DNA of 64,000 nucleotides. Origin: Spironucleus salmonicida. Taxonomy: Eukaryota. This document shows positions 35,980-48,538 of the stretch, one piece after another. The notes beneath the pieces were generated by a model. The model had not been told where the DNA came from and searched no databases. It saw only the letters and a list, made by a program, of their open reading frames with translations. The stretch is taken from assembly GCF_000497125.1 (NCBI RefSeq), contig NC_090599.1, positions 930,001 to 994,000 on the forward strand. The letters are read 5' to 3'. Every line of letters begins with the position of its first letter. Within the stretch, counting starts at the first letter, position 1. The position numbers and the translations under genes are program-made.

Positions 35980-37145
35980 GCGCTTCCGTGCCAGGGCCAG
36001 TCCGCTTGCTTAGCTGCTGGGGGCGACCTAAAATGCACCTGCAAGAAGGACGCCAGGGGCCCGAACTGCGAGATCCATTCCGGGAAGGGCAAGACCTGCA
36101 ACGGATACAAAATCTTAAAATGCGTCGCCTGCACTACCGGGCGCCCTCCCGCATGCGCGTTCTGCGCCGTCGGGTACCGGCTCAACTTTACACAGACCGA
36201 GTGCTGCGAGGGCCACTGTACGGACTGCGAAATGCGCGCGCCGGGCATCTGCACTAAATGTGACATTAAATCCGATTTCCCGTTCCTTTTTAACGGAAAA
36301 TGCGGCAGCTGCGAGTCCGCTATAGAGAATTGCGCGAAGTGCGAGCAGGCTGACTTGTTCAGCGCAGTTTCTTGCGCATCTTGCATGGCTTAGTTTACGG
36401 GGGCGACTTGCGAGACTGACTGTGGCCCGGGCATGAGGCAGTTCAACGGAGGCTCCTGCCAAAGTGCGTCCTGTGGCACGCAGCTCGAGTGCAGCGGCAA
36501 CGGCGTCTGTGCTGGCGGCCTGTCGGGGGACCGAATGTGCTCCTGCGCTGAGAATTTCGTTGGCGTGAACTGCGAGGGCTGCGGCGAGGGCTTCGAGCTC
36601 AAAAACGGAGCCTGCGAGGCGGTAAACGGAAGCTTTGGAGCTGGAAAAATAGCTGGAGTGGTAATTGGCGTTGGAATTGGAATTGTGGCCATGGCAGCGA
36701 TTAGCATATGGTGTCTGCGTAAGAACGGGAGCAGAAAGGCGAGGTTTGTAGACCATGGGCTGATGTAGGGCGAAAACGGGAGCCAGGTGGCGATTGTGGA
36801 CTGAGCGGAGTAGCGAGTCGAGATAACAGCAGGAAAATGAGAAAACTAACTTATAAGAACACCAGATGAAGTGATATAATGACGATTAGCACATTGAAAA
36901 ATTTGGTAACTAGAAATTCGGAGGCAGCTCTAGAATCGTGGAGCGAAGTTTTAGTATTCGTTGTATACTAGATTGAACTATAAACCGCGGAGAAACATCA
37001 AGTGGCGAAAGCAAACTGATATAACAGTGGATCGAAAGTTGAATTTACAGTACTATTATAGCATTTTCTATTTCTAGGTCGTGGTTTAACGCCGGAAAAG
37101 CACCCGAATCTTCGCCGTTGAAAGTCGAAATTTTGCTTTCGCTTC
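35980..37145 (+). pseudogene. Direct partial duplicate of the 3' end and downstream region of the 23046-26621 CRMP
   Basis: Matches 25797-26962 at offset 10183; no start codon region. Confidence 0.88.
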
Positions 37146-37468
37146 TGCTAATTTCAGTTAGTTTTTCAAGTACAACCGAGGCAATAATGACCCAAATCAA
37201 CTCCAAGAACCTCAAAAACTTAGATTTCGTGTCAAAGAGAAATTATTGCTTCGAATATTTTGAAGACTATGGAAACTTAATAATTTAAAATTTCTGGTTC
37301 ATAAATAGGTAAATTAAATCTTTTCGCTACTCAATATCCCAGTACAACTGAGTCCGCTGCCTACAACCGTTTCGCCTAATTCGATTTTTCAAAAAGTTTA
37401 TTATGTTATATTATATATAATAATATATACTACATCTCATTTTTAATTTCACCACTCCACAATCAAAA

Positions 37469-39421
37469 ATGTCGTCCCAGTTTCGTGGCCTCCGCCATTT
37501 TGTCGGCGAAATCCGCGCAGCGATCTCCTACGACGACGAGCTGCAGCGCATCAACGAGGAGAAGCAGAAGATCCGCAACAAATTCTCGGCATCCAACCTC
37601 TCCGTCTACGACCTCAAGAAGTACACCCTCAAGATGTTCTACATGGGCATCTTGGGCCACAAGGTCGATTTCGGCCTTGTACCGGTGTCGCAGCTCATGG
37701 CATCCAAGGACAAAGAGTCGAAGCTCATCGGCTACCTCACGATGCAGCAGCTGCTCAGAGACCAGCCTGACTTCCTCAGAATGGTCACGCAGACGGTCCT
37801 GCACGATCTGAGCTAATCTGACTCCGCTTTCCACATGTGCTTAGCACTCGATTTCATCGCCAACACGGCCGACGCCTCAATGGCCGAAATCGTTGCCCAG
37901 CCGATCCTGACGATCATCGAGGACGGCAACAACAACAGCATCCCTACAGTAGTCCGCAAAAAGGCCACACTGGCTCTCCTGCAGCTCTATCTGATCAATA
38001 CCGAAGCGGTCGAAAACTCTGGCGTCCAGAATCAGCTCGTTAAGCTCGTAGAGGTCAGAAACGTCGGATTCCTCAATTGTCTCATGCACCTCATGGACAA
38101 CATCGCCAAAACGAACCCTGAAGCCGTCGAATGCGTCAAGCACCGCTGCATTTACCTCATGACCAAAGTTCTGCTCAAACGCGAAGTCTCAGAGGACCAC
38201 ATCTACTATCAAGTACCTTGTCCATGGCTCATTATATCACTTGTAAAGATGCTAATGAAACTGAACTGCACCCTCGGAATCGGCTCTCATAACAACCAGC
38301 AACAGGACCAAAAGCAGATGATCGAAGCCGTCATCGAACGCGTCTTTTCTGACACCGCGAAAACAGGCGTTTCCGGCCTCCAGTCAAAAGTTAACATCCA
38401 CTGGGCAATTTGCGTCGAAATGGCAAATTTGGCAGCTTTCTACAGAAACTTGTTAACTTTCAATATTAATATATAATTTCTTATAGATGTCGTAAAATCA
38501 AATTCTACGGCTTCTAACATCAAGTATGCGGCCTTAATTTCGTTGGAACGTCTCTCACTAATTCCACAAATTTAGTCACAACTTGTCGCTTCAATTCAAG
38601 ACCTGGCGGGTTCCATTCTCACTGAGACCGATTTTTCGGTCAGGCAAAGAGGCGTAATTTTGCTCTGCAACTGTCAAAATTCCGAGAATTCGGCGGCGGT
38701 CGTCGCGGCGTTAATTTTCTGCGCGAAATGCGACGCGCCCGAAAATTACAAAGAAGACGCGATTTTGAGGAGTGTCAGAATTTGCTAAAAGGAGTGGAAA
38801 GTCGAATTCGTAGTCAATTCTTTGCTGAAATTAATAGTTGCCGGAAACGGCCTAAAAATCAATATTTGGCACGATTTTATCGAGATTGTGGAGCGGAAAA
38901 TCAGGGAATAGCACTGCGGCCTAGAGGTGTTAAATGAGGTGTTTTAGGCCTGTTTCAGCGCTGGTCAGTTCACGTCAGATAAGACGCTTTTGACGTGTTT
39001 TTGTTACATTTTCAAAATGCTTTTCAAAGAAGTTGTGGACAAGAATAACTACATAATGCTCGTTAAGCATAGTTTGGTGAGTTTGTAGGCAAAAGAAACG
39101 GAAAATCAATTTGGAATTGCAATTGATGCTTTTATGCTGCTGGTCGCCGCTGGCGACGTGCCGCTCGAAGAACTCGTCTGGTACTGCGGGAGCGAGTTTG
39201 CGAACGTCCAGCAGAGCGTCTGCGAGGGCTACGTCCTGATCGCTGGCGGGCAGCAGGAGCTGCTGGCTACGTTGATGTGCGGGGAGGAGGTAGTTGGTGG
39301 TGTTAATAGCGTTAATGCTGGGATTAAACTCAATGGGGAAAAGAAAATTGAGGAGAAAATGGAGGAAAAAGAGCCTGTAAAGGTGGCGCAGAGCGTCAAT
39401 CTGCTCGACGACTTGTTCTGA
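37469..39421 (+). CDS. AP-2 complex alpha subunit (alpha-adaptin) trunk, 650 aa
   Basis: FRGLRHFVGEIR..ELQRINEE..IRNKF..YDLKKY..LGHKVDFG..KLIGYL; NIKYAAL; ETDFSVRQRG; single frame with TAR=Gln to TGA. Confidence 0.9.
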
Positions 39422-41352
39422 GGTTTTAATTTTGCGGTGGCGCGTTTCGGTAAGTGGCTGGTGCGGCAGCGGAGTTGAATGCTGTAAATGATGGTATATG
39501 GGGGCTATAAGTGAGATTTTGAGCTAGGGCGCAAACGCGATCGGGCGACGAAAATGAAGGGGTTCGCTGCCAAACGTCACATGCAGCAATCTCATGCGTG
39601 CAGGCTTCGCAATTATTTTAGGGGTTCGCAGCCTGCGTTTCCGGTGATTTCAGGCTAGCGGCAGGGGCTACTAATTTTGATTGAGTAGGGCCAAATTGTT
39701 GTTGATAGGAGGAGTTTACTGGTAAGGTTATTTTTATAATTTGATGTTTCGTTAACAACAATCGCTACAAATTGATTCACATCGTATATAAGAATATATG
39801 TATCGCAAATCATGCTATAGCTAAGATTGAGAAATAGAGTTCTCTAATAATTAGCTTCTATTTTAAAGAGTTTCTGGAGTTTATTTTAGGCAGTTTAATT
39901 CTTCTAGTGGTAACTGACATATTTTACAGCAAAATAGGGTATGTGAATCTATAATTAAGTAATTCTGTCAAATATTCATCAGTTGAAATTACTTTTATCA
40001 TTGACTGTGAATACTATATAAATTAGAGCTTAATTTACATTTTATCGCAATCTCACTGCTATCTTAATAAATTTAACAAAGTATAATATAGAGAAAATCT
40101 ATTTTAATTTTTTTCATATCGGGGTTAATTATTTAGTTATTATTAATTATAATCTGAATTTGGTTTTGGATCTAACAAATTTTATTGATAAAATTGCAAT
40201 AGTTATGACAATTTTATAAGCATTAACATAAAACTAAGATTTAATTTTATTATTAATAACATTGTATTAACGTAAAGTATTAGGCAATAAGTAGTTTATC
40301 TGACTTATTTATTCTTAATTAATAAAATTTATCGATTTATTAACTATACTTTGCATAATTTCAAAGTTTTTAGAAGTTTAATGCAATTATAGCCAAGATT
40401 ATTAATTTCATACATAAACTATTCGTGTTTTTTGAGTCCAGGTTAGTGAAATTATATGTTACTAAAATCTTAGTTCATGATATGGTTATGCAAACTACTG
40501 TTAAAAAGTTAAATTAATAGAAAAATATCAATTTTAGTGATTTGGTATATTTCATTTATACATAGAGTCTTATTGTTTGGATTAAAATCAGCACAGTAAA
40601 ATAGTATATATTAAAATTAATTTTATACTAATATAATCTTAGTAATATATAGTAGTTTATACCTGATTTGATATGTTTTGGGTATACGTATAAATTTCTT
40701 CACACTTTTATAGAGATGTAAACAATTTAAGCTACACTCCTAAAAGAATTTGAACTAATATAAATTCTATTATTATTTAAAAATATAACTTAATGTAAAA
40801 AGTAAGTATAAATAGTTTATCATATAAATTTTATAATCTAAGAAATGAATAAGTACATTTCTATATAGCAATTTATTATATATTTTTAATTTAGTTGTTG
40901 CTGTAATAGATTATTAACAGAATACGATAATTATCTTAGTTTTCTAATTAAATAGTTATTTCGACATTATAATAAACTATATAAAGTTTAAAAATATTGA
41001 ATAATTATATACAATTTTAAATAAATTATTCTATCTTTATCTAATTTAAGTGTTAATTAAACCAATAAATCTAAAAATTATTGATAAAATAACTTTTTAT
41101 TAGATATTAATCAGTTTATCTATAAAAAATTTAAAAATAATATTTTTATTTATAACTATAAATCCACTTAAAACGTTTCTTATTGTCAGTTTTATATAAT
41201 ATGATAATTATGATAGTTGAACTTTAATGCTTAAACGAGAAAATCTCAATATAATATTAATTATGAAACATCTGATGAGCCCTACAACTTCGAAACTGAT
41301 ATCATCATAAAGTTAAATATTTTTGTAATAATTTATTTTAAAATTAGTAAAA

Positions 41353-42127
41353 ATGTCCGGAACCTGTGATTTAAACTTATCAAATTATGATTGCAATAAT
41401 AATTATTCTTGCGCTTCACCTAATGCGATAGATCCGTGTATACCATGTACAATAATGCCTGAAGGATTTTATTGTAAAATTTCAAGAAATGGAAATGTAC
41501 AAAACTGCAGAAACTCCAATCCCGATTAATGCACATTATGCCTAGATTTCTACTTGCTAGATGACACCAAGCTGAACTGCTTTCCCAACTTCTGCTCAAC
41601 CTACGTGAGCCAGTGCGCGAACGGCCAGGTCTGCCCGGCAAACGCGATCGACAGGTCCAACTGCCAGGCCTGCACACGAAACCAGACCACGCCCTGCAAG
41701 TGCGGGAAAAAGGCCGACTGCTCGATCTGCGACGGCAGCGGGAAGCAGTGCGGGGCCTGCCTGAAGGGCTTCGTGCTGGACGACGGGAACTGCGTGCTGG
41801 AGAACAACATCTGCAACCAGTTCCGGCAGAGCATCCTGTGCGATGACGGCTCCTACTGCAACGGGGACTTCGGGGACACGTGAGAGCTCTGCGCTAAGCT
41901 CCAGCTCAACCAGTCCTGCAAGTGCGCGAACGGCGAGGTCAAGAACTGCGTCAAGTGCGGTGCCGATGGCTGCTCGGAGTGCCTGGATAAGTACGCGGTG
42001 CAGTTCGGCCGGTGCCAGCTGAACACCTGCGGGCAGATCCAGAACACGCTGAACTGCGCCTTCAACCACCTCTGCAAGGACGGCTCCTCCCCGAACCAGG
42101 TCTGCATCGCGTGCGACTAGACCCAGC
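41353..42127 (+). pseudogene. Truncated paralog of the 57519-60788 CRMP
   Basis: In-frame TGA at 41881 where the paralog has TGC; homology stops at ~42127. Confidence 0.85.
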
Positions 42128-42403
42128 GCGGGCAGCGGCAAGGCGCCCAGCACCTCCGCCAGCTCCCACACGTCAAGGAGTGCCCGGGGGCGGCGGCCCT
42201 TGAACTTGGCCGTATCCAGGTCGTCCGTCAGCGCTCCGGGTACTCGCCGTCCTCGCTCGCGCGGCCCCGCACCAGCAGGTCGAAGTCGGCAGGAACTCGT
42301 CGCGGCATGGGCCCGGTACGCCCTGCGGATGCCGGGCAGGTCCACGTGGCGCGGAGGGTGGGGCAGCAGGCAGGCCAGAGCGCTTCGCATTTTGGAAGGG
42401 GCC

Positions 42404-43030
42404 TCAGACGCCGACCACGCGCAGGTTCACGACCCCCAGTGCGCAGGCGACCGCGTTGAGGGCGTTCCCGGCGAGGGAAGCAGCCGCCAGCGTGCTGAAG
42501 TCGAAGCCGTGCACCTGCGCCGCAAGGACGAGGAACACGTTGGCGGCGAGGCGCGAGAGTAGCATCTTGCAGTGGGCGAAGAGCAGCAGCTGCACCGCGC
42601 CGAGCCTGCACAGCCCGAGGAGGAAGGCCGCCCCGGCAGCACCCAGGAACACCGCCCGTATCGTGGCCGTGGGGCCTGCTGGCAGCGTCAGGACCGCGAG
42701 CTGGGCGGTGATGGCAAAGAGCAGCGCCGCGATGGTCGCCACCAGCACGTACACCTGGGCGCCCTGGGAGCGCAGCGGCAGGTTGTCGCTGAACTGGAAC
42801 CAGCGCTCCGCGAACACATCCCCAAAGAGCTGCTCGTTCTCCTGCGTGCGGTCCGCCAAGAAGCCGGGGCGCGCCCGCTTCGGTTTCTGCTTCGATGCGA
42901 GAGGCTGTTCCGGGATGCTAGGATGCTCCTCGACGCGGAAGTTCGGGTTGGGAACTGGAGGGGGTGCGATATCCATCTGGGGTTGGGGTTCTGGGGACAC
43001 GTTGCTGTCGACGCGGACTGCGAAGTCCAT
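42404..43030 (-). CDS. Hypothetical multi-pass membrane protein, copy 2
   Basis: Mirror of 35119-35745. Confidence 0.75.
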   Translation of the reverse strand: MDFAVRVDSNVSPEPQPQMDIAPPPVPNPNFRVEEHPSIPEQPLASKQKPKRARPGFLADRTQENEQLFGDVFAERWFQFSDNLPLRSQGAQVYVLVATIAALLFAITAQLAVLTLPAGPTATIRAVFLGAAGAAFLLGLCRLGAVQLLLFAHCKMLLSRLAANVFLVLAAQVHGFDFSTLAAASLAGNALNAVACALGVVNLRVVGV

Positions 43031-44022
43031 TATTTGGAAGGATGTCTTGCTTGTCCCCTTCCAATGTAGTGAAAACAAAACAAATTTCGCAATGATATGT
43101 AACTAATTAATTCCATTATCATGCGGTTTTGGCCGGGTTTGTTTGGATTCTGGAGTTTGTGCACCGCTATAATCTCATGAGCTTTATTTATCTCCTTGTA
43201 ATGCTGATAGGTTTTGTGGTGTTTTAAAATGTCACGAACTTCTCTGCTCAGAATGTAGAAATGGCGATATTATAGATTAGTATATGTGTCAAGGTGGTAA
43301 GATGGTTTTATAGAGTCGTTTTATAGGTCTTGGTGTCATAGCAATAATTGGTTGGTTAGTGACAGCTGGGGCATTTATGCTTAGGAGCCATAAGAAGTGA
43401 TTAATTATATATAAATATATTATACTATATAATGTATATCTTTGTATTCGACTAAATCAATTTAGGTCAGAAATATAAGCCAGAATGATTCCATCTTAGT
43501 AAGGGTAATATTGATAGGTTAATTATGCTATCCATAGCGGTTTACTTATGAGGGTTAAAAACAATAATTACTAAAAAGAAGTAAACCTCCTCTTAAAATA
43601 ATTTAAGTAAAATTATAAATACTTTAATTGCAAAAACAAAATAATTTTCAACGACTCTATGTTAGTTTAAATTATATATGATACCATATACCTAATAAAG
43701 ATAAATATTGAAGACCTTATACTTTGAAATTTATTAACCAGTGAACATTTACTTTTACTTATATTTTGTGATTATGAAATTAATTACTATATAAATAATA
43801 GTATTATGTATATTTATTATGAGGACACTAAGAAGTGAAAATCAGAAAACTCAACTCTCATGACTATAAACTTTTTAATTAGTATAGTCATTTTATTTTT
43901 ATACAATTGTATAAATTAATTTTATCCTTTTTCTCTATAATAATCAATATTAAGAAACATTATTTTTACAACTCTAGCTTTATTTCTAAGTTTAAGATAT
44001 CCCCATTTTACCATTTCTTTAA

Positions 44023-46035
44023 ATGTCTTGCCATATTCAAAATTGCGTAAGTACGATTCCTCCATGCTCGTGCACGCGGTGCCAGAATGGCTTTACTCCT
44101 TCCAAAGATTAGTCTGTCTGCGTCTAAAATGCATTCTGCCAAACCTGCTTCAACGCCAGGCGCGTTTGTGACCCCAGTGGAGCCTTTAAGTGCAATGAGT
44201 GCTCCGGGCAGCCCTCCGAAGACGGGATGCAGTGCCTTGACAACACTGTATGCGCAAGCTGCACGAGGCTGGAAAGATGCACCAGCATGAACGGCGAACT
44301 CTCGTGCACGCCTTGCAGCTCCGGCCAGATCTCCTCGTTCGACAAGCAGACATGCATATCGGCAAAGCAGTGCACCACATGTCCGCCGAATACGCACTGC
44401 GTGCAGGTGGTGAGCGAGACCTCGTTTTCCGCGACGACCACCTGCCGGTACTGCGCAGACAACATGCCGAGCTCGGAAGACCGGCTGTACTGCTTTAAGA
44501 AGGCTGCCTGCGAAGTTTGCGCGGCAAGGGGCGAAGTCTGCACCCCGGAGGGCGCCTGCTAGGCATGCCCCATCGGCACCGTTCCGAGCGACGACAGCAC
44601 TGTATGTATCACCGCTCCCCCATGCGATATGATTTTCGGCTGCCTGCGCTGCGAAAACAATGACAGCACTGCCTGCGCTGCCTGCGCGCCGGGGATGGCC
44701 GTCGTCAGCGGCGGATGCGGGCCAGCGACCAGCTGCTCACACGTCGATAACTGCCTGATTTGCGAAGGTTACAACTGCGAGGTGTGCCAGAAGGGCTTCA
44801 AAAGCGAGTATGGACGCTGCTACTAAATCCTCTGTGACTCCAGCGAAGAGTGCCCCGACATCGTCGTGAACAGCATATCGTGCAGCATCAGTGAGGGTAA
44901 ATTCCAGTGCGTGTGCAAGTACGGCGAGTGGCTTTCTGACGACAAGAAGATTTGCCTGAATAAGGACATCTGCTACGACTGCACCAGAAGCAAACAGCTC
45001 TGCAAGGTGAATGCAGGCGTGACCGCGTTCGAGTGCCAGGACTGCCCCGAGGGCACGAGCTTCCTGGGAGAAGAGTGCGTTCCGAGCTGCGTGGGCTGCG
45101 CCGAAGACGAGTTTTGCGGGTATTCCTACTCCGCCAGAAAGTTCGAGTGTCAAAAATGTCCCGACGGGCAGCGCATAAACCCCTCTAAGACCGGCTGCGC
45201 GCAGAGCTCCTGCGTGGAAGACTGCACTCCTGTACACCCCGACTTCGCGTGCGTGTTCGATGGGAAGTCTTTTGAGTGCACCTGCCCAGACGGGGGGAAG
45301 CTAGACAGGGGGAGTGGAAAATGCGTTGCCGATGGCTGCAGAAACTGCAATTCGTACCAGGACGTGTGCATCCTGGGCGCGGACGGGTTTTCCTGCTATT
45401 GCAGCAATGAGAACTACCGCTATGATGCCCAACAGGGCTGCGTGCCGGACTGCGCGGGCGACTCGGCGAAGTTCTGCAGCTTTAGGGGCAAATGCAACGA
45501 CAGAAGCGAGTGCGTCTGCACGGGCCACTTCGCCGGCAGGAACTGCGAGGGCTGCGCAGCGGGGCACGACCTGCACGCCGGCGTCTGCATGGCGAGCACG
45601 TGCTTGGGCGAGGCGCACTGCAACGGCAACGGCTACTGCCAGCTGGGGCTCTGCAACTGCTTGCCGGGCCACGGGGGCACCAACTGCGAGGTATGCCCCA
45701 CCGGCGCCCGCTTCGACGGCGCGAGGTGCGTCAGCAACAGCTGCGGGCTGGGCAGGCAGTGCGACGGGCACGGGCGGTGCCAGGACGACATCTGCCAGTG
45801 CGACGCCCTGTACGAGGGCTGGAACTGCGGGAAGTGCCAGGACGGCGTCCTGCGGAACTTCGCGGGCGAGTGCCTGCCGGACGGGGCCGGGGACGGCGCG
45901 GTGGTGAAGTCTGGCGCGGGGATGGAGATCGCGGGGATCTCGCTGGCGGTGCTCTGCGGGGCCCTGCTGGTGGTCGTCGTCGTCGTCGCGGTGAAGTGCA
46001 GCGCGAGGAAGCGCCAGAGCGAGCCGTGGAAGTGA
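44023..46035 (+). CDS. Cysteine-rich membrane protein with tenascin-like EGF repeats, copy 2 (670 aa)
   Basis: MSCHIQNC... to AAGTGA in one frame with TAR=Gln. Confidence 0.9.
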
Positions 46036-46124
46036 TGGTAATTTGTGCTGAGGGAGGGGTTTCTTTCTGGGGTTGTGGAATATAATACGATTGCGAACAA
46101 CGCGACTAATTGGCGTTTCCACAA

Positions 46125-46946
46125 ATGGCATTCGTCTCGCTGCTCGACAGCTCGGACTCCGAGGTGTACATCCAGGAGCTGTCGCGCAACGTGTCCTACC
46201 TCGAAGAGCAGGACTGCATCCGGCGCATGCGGCGGCTGCGCCAGCTCGAGGCGCTCCTCCAGCAGGTCGACGCCGAGCTAGCGGTTTACCTCCCAAGGTT
46301 CGAGGAGGACTGGGAGACGTGCTCGATTGTCTTCAACGACATGGTGTCCGACGCCGCCATCCAGTCAGAGACCGAGAGGCGCGTCCGGGACTGCGAGGAG
46401 ATCCTCGCGATCCAGCAGATGATCAACGTGCAGCCGGCCTCGCGCGGCAAACCCGTCGCCTTCCAGCTAGAGCGCTCCGTGCAGATTCCGAAGCAGAAGC
46501 CCCAGAGCGTGCTCTTCAGCGGCTTCAAGATCAGCCTGCAGGAGGTGGAGCTCGCGCATTCTACCGCGAAAACGCAGTCCGCGCGAAGGCAGCAGCAGCT
46601 CACCGACAGACTGTACCCGGTCCACACGGAGCGCACGCAGCCCGCCGCCAGGCAGGTCCCGGCGCCGCCGCCTGTTCTCCGGCCGCGCGCCCCCGCGGGT
46701 ATCCTGAGCAACCCGCCGTCCCCGTACAAGGACCTGAAGGCGATCATGGACGCGGGACCGGTGTCCCCGGGGCGGCACGCGCAGACGCTGCAGGACATCC
46801 GCGTGTAGGCCCACCGCGCTGGGGGCCGGCGGCAGAGCGTCCTGCGGTACCAGGCCCAGCTCGCCCAGACGGTCGGCGGCGCTGCCCCGAGCCACCCTCC
46901 GGCAGAGGCGAGCCCGTACAGCAAGCGGCTCGAGGGGCGGAAGTGA
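46125..46946 (+). CDS. Hypothetical 273-aa protein, copy 2
   Basis: Mirror of 31203-32024. Confidence 0.75.
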
Positions 46947-47021
46947 GCCAGGTTCGCCGCCACTGTGTCCTGGGCCTCCCGGAGAGGCTAAAGATTGGCA
47001 CCAGCCGAATTGCAAAACCGC

Positions 47022-47612
47022 TCACTCGGGCAGGCACTCGCGTCCGATCAGCCGCTGGCGCACCAGCCCCTTGCCGATGGCCTGCAGGCGGTACCGCACC
47101 TGGACGTCCGTGCGGCCCTGCACCTTGTCCGCGATCAGCCGCCACCTGCGCGGCGGGGACCCGGCGATCGCCGCCACGAGCTGGGCGTCCTCCGCGGGGC
47201 TCCACTTGCCCTTGCGGATCGCGGGGTTCGCCACGCGGGCCCAGCGCTGGTTGCACTGCGCGGGGGACCGCACCGGCGCGCCCGGGACCTGCCGGTGGAT
47301 CTCCCGCGCGATGTGCGGCCAGGTGCCGCGCTCCGGGCACGCCGCGAGCCGCCGCAGCAGGCTGTCCTCCTCGGGCGCCCACTCGCTCTGCGCGCGGTGG
47401 GGGCGGCGGGGGCGGTCGGACGCCTCGGACACCTCGGAGGCCGCGAAGCTGGAGGACACCTCCGCGCGGGCCGAGGGCGTGGCGCTCAGCGTGCCGGTCT
47501 CGAAGTCCGCGGGCGTGAACAGCAGGGGCACCGAGTACTCCTGGCCGAGGTCGAGGTCGAGGCCGAAGGAGAGGCCCGCGAAGGAGATCTTGGAGGGCTA
47601 GTCGAAGTTCAT
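47022..47612 (-). CDS. Two-repeat Myb-like protein, copy 2
   Basis: Mirror of 30537-31127. Confidence 0.9.
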
Positions 47613-48538
47613 TGTGGAGTGGGGCGGGCGGCCCGAGTGCGGTTTCTGCTTACCACTCCCCGTTTTTTCTGCGGCCCGAGTAGAGCGGTGAGTAGAGGGG
47701 AGCGTATAGAATAAGGAGTGGTTAGGCAGTTGATATCATAGTAACACTGCTAAAAATAGAAATGCTGATACTCATAGATGCATGCAGGAATGTATTATTA
47801 CTAAATATAATATTTAATGCAACGTTAAAAATATCGTAGCATATTACTAGTTGCATTTTCTAATAAATACCAAGCACCAATCTATTTATACAGAATATAG
47901 TCAACATTGCGTATTCCTCAGTTAACTGAACGAACCTAGCGTATATGGTTGGCATGTATCTATTGGCTGTGCGACTCTGCAAACCAACTAAAGATTGCCA
48001 GCTATTTGGTAGGATTCTATCTAGCAGCTATGGATTTTGACGGAAAGCCTGAGCCAGCACCCTCGCTGGCATGACTCCTCACCCAGCTCCCGGCCGCCAG
48101 CTCCATAACCGCAAGAGCGCTTTGCGGGACCGGGCATACGAACAGGGTATAACCGGGTGCCAGCATAGCAAGCAGCCGCATATTCCGAAGCCACCCAGCG
48201 CAATCCCCTAGCCTGGCCAAAGCACGGAAACACGTAACTATGGGCCAGCTGCACACCAGCATGGGGAAATAGAGTTTCCGTTGGTGGAATTTTGCTACCT
48301 CCGGCGCGGCCAGAGAAGGTAATTCTTCCCTCCGACTCGCATGCCGGCCAAAGGCACCGCGGCGGGACCCTCGGCTTGGCGCAGCGGCATAGGGAACGGA
48401 ACTTGGACGGGAAACCTCAAGATAATCACCAGCCAGCTGGCATCGGGCACTTTGCATGCGGGTCTGCCTGGTTTGCATGGCAACCATCCAGCGCTCCGCT
48501 CTAGCCCGCCGCCGGGTCTACACCCTACGCTCCATAAT

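Noticed and set aside
48040-48056. RNase P/MRP RNA (GGAAAGCCTGAG resembles CR-I)
   Set aside because: No matching CR-V/P4 partner found in the element
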